Made by a program: the position numbers and the translations under genes. A DNA stretch of 32,000 nt, from the NCBI RefSeq assembly GCF_000020025.1, contig NC_010628.1, forward strand, positions 6,990,001-7,022,000, given 5' to 3'. This DNA is from Nostoc punctiforme PCC 73102 (GTDB lineage Bacteria; Cyanobacteriota; Cyanobacteriia; Cyanobacteriales; Nostocaceae). Shown here one piece after another: positions 1-8,104 of this stretch (position 1 is its first letter; each line of letters opens with the position of its first letter). The notes under the pieces are model-generated. The model had not been told where the DNA came from and did not search any database. It saw only the letters and a program-made list of their open reading frames with translations.

Positions 1-924
1 GATATGGCCAGTGACTTACTCAATGGCAATATGTCTAGCGATCCACAGTTGCTATTTGAACAATACAAAAATGCCCTAACAAAACGCTCTCAAGAACTTG
101 AAAGTTGGTTAATCCAAGCAGAAGGTGGGCTTCCCTTCGCTGAATTACTGCGTACTAACTTAAATTTGCTGGCTGAATTGTTAACCAAGGATAGTGCGGC
201 TAAGTTTTTCGACACATTTCGTCAGCGACGGGATGATATAGAAGAATTTATCGAAGATGTGCAAAAGCTGCAATCCTTCTTTAGCACACAAATTAAGCTG
301 TTCCAGCAAGCTCGTAATGACCTGAAAACTCTAGAACCAGAACTACGCCATATTAGTGAGCCAGATTTGCTCAGGCGGGTGGATTTAGTTAAGCAAATTT
401 TGGCGATGTCTGACCCCACTGCCAAGATTCCAGAATTAGCAATGTTACTCCTACCTGTCAAAGATAAGGTGCAGGAAGCGCTAACAACTCAAATCTATCA
501 GGTGGAGAGTAAAAGCAAGGCAATGCGGGAGAAATTAGCTGAGTATGTGACTTCCGCTCACGAAGACATTTCTGCACAGCTTGACCTCAGCAATATCACC
601 CAAGACATCGATAAAGTTGTCACCTCAGTTAACCAGGTAACAAGTATCGATTCTGCGATCGCACGTCAAAGTGAACTAGAAAGCATCCTCCCACAATTGC
701 TGCAAAAAGTAGATCAGCAAGCCAATGAAATCATTCAGCGTCAGTCAAACAATGGCAGTAACGGCAAAGTTACTTGTGTCAAACCCATCGTATCGGTGCA
801 GGTAGCGAGAGTTGCGCCTAAACCCCTACTGGAAACACTCCAAGATGTGGATGTTTATCTAGAGGCGTTGCGGAAAACCCTATTAGATGAGATTCAACAA
901 AATCATCGCGTTCGTCTTGAGTAA
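1..924 (+). CDS. brxC: C-terminal part of a BREX BrxC/PglY-like protein, 5' truncated by the window edge
   Basis: The frame is open from base 1 (gat precedes the first ATG at 4). The gene ends 64 bp upstream of pglX on the same strand, which is the position of brxC in type 1 BREX. The sequence is helical and Q/E/L-rich. The N-terminal ATPase motifs that would prove the call lie outside the window. Confidence 0.55.
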   Translation, partial: DMASDLLNGNMSSDPQLLFEQYKNALTKRSQELESWLIQAEGGLPFAELLRTNLNLLAELLTKDSAAKFFDTFRQRRDDIEEFIEDVQKLQSFFSTQIKLFQQARNDLKTLEPELRHISEPDLLRRVDLVKQILAMSDPTAKIPELAMLLLPVKDKVQEALTTQIYQVESKSKAMREKLAEYVTSAHEDISAQLDLSNITQDIDKVVTSVNQVTSIDSAIARQSELESILPQLLQKVDQQANEIIQRQSNNGSNGKVTCVKPIVSVQVARVAPKPLLETLQDVDVYLEALRKTLLDEIQQNHRVRLE

Positions 925-988
925 TATTACTTAGTTTTACCAATCATTTTCGTACCTTTATTGCATCACCCTATTCCCTCATCAGCTT

Positions 989-3900
989 ATGAACCGCACC
1001 GCTATCAAAAACTTTGCTATTTGGGCGCGTCGTTACCTACGAGAACAAGTTAAAGCTCGTGCTGCCCAATTTGGTATAACTCACAAAAGTATTACAGAAC
1101 CTCAGACAGTGGCGGGGGGACTATTAGTAGCTGGTCAAACGCTAAATACCACGGAAGCAAACCAGTATCATCAACTGCGAAATCGCTTGCAAGATTTAAC
1201 ACTAAGTTCCAGCCAGTCCCAGGCGGTAGATGCGCTGATAGATGAAATTGCCTACACCTGGTTTAACCGTTTGGCGGCATTGCGGTTTATGGAGGTGAAT
1301 GGATATATCGGGCGGGTGTTGAGTAGTAGCGATCCAAATTTGGTAGACCCTGATTTGTTACGCGATGCTAGTTCTATTGCCGAAATGGGAGATTTACCGG
1401 GTCTTGATTTGGATACTCTCAATGAGTGGCGTAGTTTTGCCAATCGTGATCCCAACCCCGATGAGTTTCTCTACCGCCGTTTGCTGTTAGCTCAGTGTAA
1501 AGCTTTGGCAGAGGGAATTCCAGCACTGTTTGACCCTCGCCAGAACTACCAAGCGCTGTTTTTACCTGGAAATTTGTTAAATCAGGATTCAATTGTACGG
1601 CGGCTGGTAAAAGAGATTCCAGAGGAGGACTGGCAGAATATTGAAGTAGTGGGTTGGCTGTATCAGTTCTACATTTCGGAACGCAAGGATGAGGTGATTG
1701 GGGCAAAGTCGAAGGTTGCAGCCGCAGATATTCCAGCAGCGACTCAATTGTTTACCCCCCACTGGATTGTTCGGTATATGGTGGAGAACAGTTTAGGGCG
1801 GTTATGGTTAGAGGCGCACCCAGAATCACGCTTGCGTGAGTATATGCCTTACTATTTGGAAAATCCTAACGATAATGGTGAGGGTGAAAAACCGCAAGCT
1901 TTAACGCCTCAAGAGTTGACCGTGATAGACCCTGCTTGTGGTAGTGGTCATATTTTGGTGTATGCGTTTGATTTGCTGTTTGAAATTTACAAAGAACAAG
2001 GTTATTTAGAGCGCGATATTCCGGCGCTGGTTTTGACGCACAATTTGTATGGTTTAGATATTGATGAACGTGCAGCGCAGTTGGCAAGTTTTGCAGTATT
2101 GATGAAGGCACGGGCAAAGAATTCGCGTATTTTGCGGAAATCTCTGGCTTTGAATATTACGGCGGTGCGTCCTACCCATAGTCAGACTTTACCACCAGCT
2201 ACAGAATTGAATGCTGAAGATTGGCAACCGTTAATTGAGGCTTTTAAGGATGCAGATAATTTAGGAAGTTTAATTACTACGCCAGCTTTTGATGGTGAGA
2301 AATTGAAATGGCAATTAAATAATTTAGAGGCGAGTGATTCGCTATTTCGGGAGTGTGTTACGGCTTTACAAGCGTTATTGTTACAGGCAGAGTTGTTGAG
2401 GAATAAGTATTGGGTTGTGGTTGCAAATCCGCCTTATATGGGAAGTAAAAGTTTAAATGATGTTTTAAGAAGTTTTGCCAATCAAAATTATCCTGATTCT
2501 AAATCAGACGCTTTCTCTATATTTATTGAGCGTTTTTTAAATATGAGTTTACAAAACGGGTTCATTGGCTTAATGACACCATTTACTTGGATGTTTTTAA
2601 GTTCTTATGAGAAATTGCGTAGACGTATATTAAGTGAAAATACAATAACCAGCCTGATTAGACCGGAATATCATGCTTTCTTTGATTCGGCTTATGTACC
2701 AATCTGTACTTTTACTATTTTAAATAAAGCTTTACCTGAATACCAAGGAACTTTTATTGATCTTAATCAATTTTATGGGGCGAATTTGCAACCAATTAAG
2801 GTTTTAGAAGCAATCAAAAATCCTGGCTGTGGATATCTTTATTATTCAAATTCGGTTGATTTTGCAAGAACTCCAGGGAGTGTTATTGCTTATTGGTTAA
2901 GTGAAAAACTATTAAACATTTTTGAAAATGCAGAATCATTAGGTAATGTTTTTGAATCAAAACAAGGTTTGTCTACTGCAAATAATGATCGTTTTCTTCG
3001 TTTATGGTTTGAAGTTAACTTAAATGATTCTGGATTCGGATTATGTAGTCGAGAAGAAGCAAAATTTTCTGGAAAACGATGGTTTCCATATAATAAGGGT
3101 GGTGAATTTAGGAAGTGGTATGGAAATCAAGAATTTGTTATAAATTGGAATAACGATGGAGAAGAAATAGATAGTTTTAGACCAAAGGCAGTTATTAGAA
3201 ATTCTAGTTATTATTTTAAGCCCTCAGTAACTTGGTCTTTGGTGAGTTCAAGCTACTTTGGAGTTAGATACTCAGGAAAAGGCTTTATATTTGATTCAGC
3301 AGGGTCATCTGCTTTTTGTCAATCGGATATGATATTTAGCTTAACTGGTTTCTTGTGTTCAAATATAACTAATAAATTGATTCAAGCAATCAATCCTACT
3401 TTGAATTTCTCATCAGGTAATGTTGCTGCATTACCTTGGATATCAGAAAAAGCAAATATAATTAAACCCAAAATCAATAGTATTGTCGAAAATTGTATTA
3501 ATATTTCCCGTCAAGACTGGGATAACTTTGAAACCTCCTGGGACTTCCAAACCCACCCTCTATTACGCCACAACACCAAACACCTCTCCGAAGCCTTCAC
3601 CATTTGGCAAAGCAAATCAGAAACCGCCTTCCGCGAACTCCAACGCCTAGAAGAAGAAAACAACCGCTACTGGATAGAAGCATACGGCTTACAAGACGAA
3701 CTCACCTCAGAAGTACCCGACGACCAAATCACCATCCGCCACGCCGACTTAAACAAAGATATCCGTTCCCTCATCTCCTACGCCGTCGGCTGCATGATGG
3801 GGCGCTACTCCCTCGACAAACCCGGACTCATCCACGCCGGACAACCATTTGACCCCACCCTACACCAAACCTTAAGCGCCAGCAGTGATGCAATTATTCC

Positions 3901-4525
3901 CATCACAGACCAAGCATACTTTGATAATGATATTGTTACCCGCTTTATAGAATTTCTGCGCGTCGCCTACAGCCCCGAAACCCTTAGCGAAAACCTCAAT
4001 TTCATCGCCAATGCCCTCACCCTCAAAAACGGCGAAAGCGCCCAAGAACGCATCCGTCGCTACTTTCTGCAAGAATTCATTTCTGACCACATTCAAACTT
4101 ATAAAAAACGCCCCATTTATTGGCTGTTTACCAGTGGAAAAAAACGAGCTTTTGGCGCATTACTATATTTACACCGTTACAGCGAAGATGCTCTTGCTCG
4201 TATCCGCACCGATTATGTTTTGGAATTGCAAGTCAAACTAGATGGGGAAATTGCCAGGGCGCAACAACAGCTAGATAATACCACTTTTAGCGCCGCTAAA
4301 AAAGCTGCCACAAACCGCCTGAAAGAACTACAAGCCCAACAGCTAGAACTACGAGATTACCAAGCCAAGCTGCAAACCCAAGCCGATGCGCGAATTAATC
4401 TTGATCTTGACGATGGTGTAGCGTACAACTACACTCGCTTTAAAGGTTTGGTGTATGAAGGAGCAGATTTAAAAATTGCTGACTTAGAAAAAGCCTCGCA
4501 GTGGAAAAGGGAACTGTTGAAATAA
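989..4525 (+). CDS. pglX: BREX PglX N6-adenine DNA methyltransferase and specificity subunit
   Basis: 1178 aa. SAM-binding motif I is IDPACGSGHIL (about 1925-1957). Catalytic motif IV is NPPYMG (2426-2443). Size, N-terminus (MNRTAIKNFAIWARRYLREQV) and the brxC-pglX-pglZ-brxL order all fit PglX. Confidence 0.9.
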   Translation: MNRTAIKNFAIWARRYLREQVKARAAQFGITHKSITEPQTVAGGLLVAGQTLNTTEANQYHQLRNRLQDLTLSSSQSQAVDALIDEIAYTWFNRLAALRFMEVNGYIGRVLSSSDPNLVDPDLLRDASSIAEMGDLPGLDLDTLNEWRSFANRDPNPDEFLYRRLLLAQCKALAEGIPALFDPRQNYQALFLPGNLLNQDSIVRRLVKEIPEEDWQNIEVVGWLYQFYISERKDEVIGAKSKVAAADIPAATQLFTPHWIVRYMVENSLGRLWLEAHPESRLREYMPYYLENPNDNGEGEKPQALTPQELTVIDPACGSGHILVYAFDLLFEIYKEQGYLERDIPALVLTHNLYGLDIDERAAQLASFAVLMKARAKNSRILRKSLALNITAVRPTHSQTLPPATELNAEDWQPLIEAFKDADNLGSLITTPAFDGEKLKWQLNNLEASDSLFRECVTALQALLLQAELLRNKYWVVVANPPYMGSKSLNDVLRSFANQNYPDSKSDAFSIFIERFLNMSLQNGFIGLMTPFTWMFLSSYEKLRRRILSENTITSLIRPEYHAFFDSAYVPICTFTILNKALPEYQGTFIDLNQFYGANLQPIKVLEAIKNPGCGYLYYSNSVDFARTPGSVIAYWLSEKLLNIFENAESLGNVFESKQGLSTANNDRFLRLWFEVNLNDSGFGLCSREEAKFSGKRWFPYNKGGEFRKWYGNQEFVINWNNDGEEIDSFRPKAVIRNSSYYFKPSVTWSLVSSSYFGVRYSGKGFIFDSAGSSAFCQSDMIFSLTGFLCSNITNKLIQAINPTLNFSSGNVAALPWISEKANIIKPKINSIVENCINISRQDWDNFETSWDFQTHPLLRHNTKHLSEAFTIWQSKSETAFRELQRLEEENNRYWIEAYGLQDELTSEVPDDQITIRHADLNKDIRSLISYAVGCMMGRYSLDKPGLIHAGQPFDPTLHQTLSASSDAIIPITDQAYFDNDIVTRFIEFLRVAYSPETLSENLNFIANALTLKNGESAQERIRRYFLQEFISDHIQTYKKRPIYWLFTSGKKRAFGALLYLHRYSEDALARIRTDYVLELQVKLDGEIARAQQQLDNTTFSAAKKAATNRLKELQAQQLELRDYQAKLQTQADARINLDLDDGVAYNYTRFKGLVYEGADLKIADLEKASQWKRELLK

Positions 4526-4557
4526 TTCGTAATTCGTAATTCGTAATTCGTAATTCA
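4523..4557. repeat. Heptanucleotide tandem repeat TAATTCG, 4 copies plus a partial copy (STRR-type)
   Basis: The sequence reads taattcg taattcg taattcg taattcg taattca. It starts on the pglX stop codon and lies between the convergent 3' ends of pglX and xisI. Short 7-bp tandem repeats are typical of heterocystous cyanobacteria. Confidence 0.85.
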
Positions 4558-4587
4558 CAATAAATCATAGTCATTTATCCTACCTCT

Positions 4588-4941
4588 TTAAGCTGTAGCA
4601 AATTCTGTGAAACCTCTTTTACTAGGATGATGGAACCCTAAAACAATATCAGTTTGGGGTATTCCGGCTGATAACAAGTCATCAACAATGCATAAATTAG
4701 TTGCATCTTCTTCCACCCAAATTTTGCTGTTCTTAATACAGAGATACATGATAATATGCTGTATCTGCTTTTTGCCATCCCAGCCAAACCGAAACCAAAT
4801 ATATTGATCTCTTTCTTCATCAAAAGCCAAGCGATCGCTTGCTTCCACTTCTTTAGATTTTGTAATTTCAGCATTAGTCATTTCATAATAATCAAAAAGT
4901 ATCTTCTTAATAGTATTGCGGTATTTTTCTATCTTATCCAT
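4588..4941 (-). CDS. xisI: XisI family protein (fdxN element excision controlling factor-like)
   Basis: 117 aa. The MDKIEKYRNTIKKIL N-terminus and the IWVEEDATN...IVLGFHHPSKRGFTEFA C-terminus match the XisI family as I remember it. The start overlaps the xisH stop by 13 nt, the usual xisH-xisI coupling. Confidence 0.85.
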   Translation of the reverse strand: MDKIEKYRNTIKKILFDYYEMTNAEITKSKEVEASDRLAFDEERDQYIWFRFGWDGKKQIQHIIMYLCIKNSKIWVEEDATNLCIVDDLLSAGIPQTDIVLGFHHPSKRGFTEFATA

Positions 4942-5345
4942 TGCTGAATCTCCTCTTTGTCTGTATTGACGACTATTAATAGAAGTTGATTTTGATTAAT
5001 GACTGCTTGTACAGATTTTCGTTGAAAAAACTTATAATAAACAACATCATCAATAGCTAAATAAAGTGTATATTCTGGCTCAGTAAGTTGAATAAGGTTT
5101 CGATAGACAATGTATTGTCCTAATGCACTGTGAAAATCATACATTAATGATTTGCCCAGAAAACTCTTGATTTCTACAACAATTTTCTGTCCCTGTCGTT
5201 CTGCGGCAATTGGTTTTTCTGCTGCTAAGTCGGCGTAGAGTTCAGCATCCTCATATTTGATAAAGTAAGGATCAGCCGTAATAGTCCAACCGTCTTTTAT
5301 CAATGCGTTTTTGACTTCATCATGATATATGTCTTTGGCTGGCAT
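4929..5345 (-). CDS. xisH: XisH family protein (endonuclease-like fold family)
   Basis: 138 aa. MPAKDIYHDEVKNALIKDGWTIT...AAEKPIAAERQGQKIVVEIKSF...ALGQYIVYR is the XisH signature as remembered. It lies immediately upstream of xisI. Confidence 0.85.
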   Translation of the reverse strand: MPAKDIYHDEVKNALIKDGWTITADPYFIKYEDAELYADLAAEKPIAAERQGQKIVVEIKSFLGKSLMYDFHSALGQYIVYRNLIQLTEPEYTLYLAIDDVVYYKFFQRKSVQAVINQNQLLLIVVNTDKEEIQQWIR

Positions 5346-5445
5346 GGTGGAACTATTCGAGTAATAGTTTAATTATAAAGTGTGTGCCATATTGGGTAGA
5401 AATTGGATTCTAAAATACACTTTCTCATCACTCACCCTGCCTAGC

Positions 5446-8013
5446 ATGAACACCATTCGTATCCAAAACACCCTAGAAACACTCTTCCAAGATTCAGCCC
5501 GTTGGTTGCACCCAGGACGAAGGGTGGTGTTTTGGTACGACCCCGAACAACAATTTATCAGCAGCTTCAATGAACTCCAACTCGAAGGCGTAGAAAAACT
5601 CCAACTCGCTGATACTGCCTTTACCGTCAAATATCACCTGCTGGTCGAGCAACCCAATCAAACTTTTCTACTGTACGCCCCCTTTGCCGAACCTGCGCCC
5701 CAAGAAAACTGGCTTCTAGACATCCAAAAAAGCGGTTTAACTTTCTCTGCGAACCCCGCGGCCCTCATCTATGCAGATTTAGGATTGCGATCGCGCGGTC
5801 TGGAAATTGTCATCCGGGAACATGATAAATTCTTTAAAAGCCGCAAACGGACAGAAGCCCTACAAGCAATGGGTATTTCCCCCGATAGCGACGAACGGGG
5901 ATTACTCCTGGCTATGCTTTCCGTCCTCGCAGGCTTAAAAGTACCCGATGCAGGGACACTGATTCGGCGGGTGCTGCTGGGGGGGTTATTAGAGTCTGAT
6001 AACGCCCTCTGGTCTGATATTGAGCGTTTTATCTCCCCAGAAGCTTTCTGGGAAGTAGTCCAGGAACACACGGACTTTCCTAAGCAAAACCCCAGTTTAA
6101 ACAAGTTATTCGTGCAGTTGCTAATCACCCATTTTGCTAAATCTCTGCACGATACCATCCCGCCCCAGCTAGCAAACCAAGTCATCACTCCTGGACAACG
6201 GGCTTATGCTTTTATCGACCAGTGGATGCGCGACCAGCAGGATTCTCTAGGCTGGAAGATCCTCAGCAGTGAGGTAGCAGAACAATTACATATATTTGAT
6301 GCTATAGAGAATTTAGAGCCGGAAGTTTTATTTGAAGCAGCCAGTTTCGAGGTGGTGGATAAGGTATTAATCCGCACCTGCGTTAAAACACTGCAAATGC
6401 AAATGAGGCAACAAATAACGGAATTGACACCCTGGCGAACTTGGTTACAGGCACGTCATACCCTGATTTGGTTCCCCCAGTATGAGAAGATTTATCAAGC
6501 ATTAGAAGCTGCGATCGCTCTATTGGAATTTAAGCAACAGTATCCAGAAGGATTCCGCCAGCCAGCCCCAATTCTCTTCAAAGCCTACGCCAGCGATTTA
6601 CACTCTTTTGACAAAGCTTACCGCCACTTTATCGTCAAGAGCGATGATGCCCAAGGGGATATCCTCAAGGGTTTGATTGACGATGTGGAAAATTTATACA
6701 CACAATGGTTCCTGGATAGTCTAGGAGAAGCTTGGTCTGATGCCCTTGGCAACAACAACTGGGAATTGGAGGGCATAGCATCCCAAACTAGATTTTTTGG
6801 TAGGCACGTATTCCCAATTTTAGAACGGAGCGATCGCGAAAAAGTATTTGTGATTATCTCCGATGCTTTGCGCTATGAAGTCGCCAGCGAACTCGAAGAG
6901 GTAATAAAAAAAGAAGTTCGGGGTGAAACCAGCCTAGAGGCACAATTGGGAGTTTTACCCAGCGTGACACGGTTGGGTATGGCAGCACTTCTTCCAGGGT
7001 CAAAACTAGAACTGATACCAGGTGATGATGATGTTCGACTGGATGGGCTTAGTACTAAAGGAGCGTCAGCAAGGCAAAAGGTACTAAACCAAAATAGTCG
7101 GGTAGAAGCTACGGTACTTAGTGCCAAAGACCTGCTAGAGATGAATACTGACGAAGGACGGGCTGCTGTGCAACCTTATCGCCTAATCTACATTTATCAC
7201 AACGTCATTGATGCGATCGGCGATCAGGCATCTAGCGAACGTCAAGTACTATCAGCTTGCGGAACAGCAATTAGCGAACTGCTACGGCTGGTAAAGAAAA
7301 TTTGTAATTCTATCAATGGTACAAACGTTATCATCACCGCAGACCACGGTTTTTTATACCAACGTCGCCTTATTCAAGAAGCAGACAAGCGACCCCTACC
7401 AAGTGGTGAAGTAGTACTGGAAAGCAAACGCCGCTACCTGCTAGCACGAGAACAGTTGAATGACTCAACCTTACTGCACTTTAGCCTGCCCTATACAGAA
7501 AATGGCACAGTTGCGATCGTTCCCCGTGGTAGTTTACGCTTTGCCGTCCAAGGTGCAGGAGCGCAGTTTGTCCACGGCGGGGCATCTCTCCAAGAAATCT
7601 GCGTACCAGTTATCACCTATCATCACCAACGGGCGGTTAAAGGAGACGAAGGCCCAGCCCGGAAAGTAGGGGTACAGGTAAGTGCCAGAGTTCGGCGGGT
7701 AACGAATAATCGTTTTACATTGACATTAGTACAAAGTGATGCAGTTGAGGGGAGATGGCGATCGCGTCAAATTACAGTTGCTTTCTACGATCCCCAAACT
7801 AATATACCGATAACAGATGTGCGAGGAGCAAACTTAAGCAGCACTAGCCCTCATCCTAGCGATCGGGAAATTAGCTTAAGGTTGACCGTAACTACTGCAA
7901 ATCCCCCTACTAACGTCTATTTAATAGTTAAGGATGCAGACGATGAGAGTGAATTGCTCCGAGAAACCTGGGCAGTTAGTTTAGGAATTGCTAACGACTT
8001 TGGAGATTTCTGA
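5446..8013 (+). CDS. pglZ: BREX PglZ alkaline-phosphatase-superfamily protein
   Basis: The ORF track opens at GTG 5380. I prefer ATG 5446 (MNTIRIQNTLETLF), which gives the usual PglZ N-terminus with VVFWYDPEQQF. The PglZ-domain motifs VFVIISDALRYE and IITADHGF are present. The gene sits between pglX and brxL. Confidence 0.9.
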   Translation: MNTIRIQNTLETLFQDSARWLHPGRRVVFWYDPEQQFISSFNELQLEGVEKLQLADTAFTVKYHLLVEQPNQTFLLYAPFAEPAPQENWLLDIQKSGLTFSANPAALIYADLGLRSRGLEIVIREHDKFFKSRKRTEALQAMGISPDSDERGLLLAMLSVLAGLKVPDAGTLIRRVLLGGLLESDNALWSDIERFISPEAFWEVVQEHTDFPKQNPSLNKLFVQLLITHFAKSLHDTIPPQLANQVITPGQRAYAFIDQWMRDQQDSLGWKILSSEVAEQLHIFDAIENLEPEVLFEAASFEVVDKVLIRTCVKTLQMQMRQQITELTPWRTWLQARHTLIWFPQYEKIYQALEAAIALLEFKQQYPEGFRQPAPILFKAYASDLHSFDKAYRHFIVKSDDAQGDILKGLIDDVENLYTQWFLDSLGEAWSDALGNNNWELEGIASQTRFFGRHVFPILERSDREKVFVIISDALRYEVASELEEVIKKEVRGETSLEAQLGVLPSVTRLGMAALLPGSKLELIPGDDDVRLDGLSTKGASARQKVLNQNSRVEATVLSAKDLLEMNTDEGRAAVQPYRLIYIYHNVIDAIGDQASSERQVLSACGTAISELLRLVKKICNSINGTNVIITADHGFLYQRRLIQEADKRPLPSGEVVLESKRRYLLAREQLNDSTLLHFSLPYTENGTVAIVPRGSLRFAVQGAGAQFVHGGASLQEICVPVITYHHQRAVKGDEGPARKVGVQVSARVRRVTNNRFTLTLVQSDAVEGRWRSRQITVAFYDPQTNIPITDVRGANLSSTSPHPSDREISLRLTVTTANPPTNVYLIVKDADDESELLRETWAVSLGIANDFGDF

Positions 8014-8104
8014 GCCAATATAGTCACAAGATTTTAGATGTTGGATTATTAACCAACTGACTTCAATCATCTCAGAATAATCACCAGCAGTTCATAACCC
8101 TTGT

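Noticed and set aside
1252-4241. Short ORFs inside pglX on either strand (1252-1455, 1419-1706, 1866-2117, 3604-3852, 3872-4096, 4011-4241)
   Set aside because: They lie entirely inside a long, motif-supported CDS. They have odd composition, for example an R/P/T-rich product from the C-rich segment, and are typical shadow ORFs. The same reasoning applies to the ORFs nested in pglZ, brxL, tnsB, tnsC, ccdA and the sensor kinase gene.
4998-5003. Isolated TGTACA hexamers (about 4998, 18903, 25925, 29510) as possible right-end termini
   Set aside because: None is accompanied by gaca...tgtc TnsB-type repeats, and all lie inside well-supported coding sequence. A 6-mer is expected by chance several times in 32 kb.
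5380-5445. GTG 5380 as the pglZ start, and likewise TTG 12921 for the CHAT gene, TTG 11306 and 11827 for the small genes
   Set aside because: The downstream ATG codons (5446, 12942, 11336, 11890) give N-termini typical of the families or have better RBS or coupling context. The upstream extensions run into neighbouring genes or intergenic promoters. The start assignments remain uncertain.
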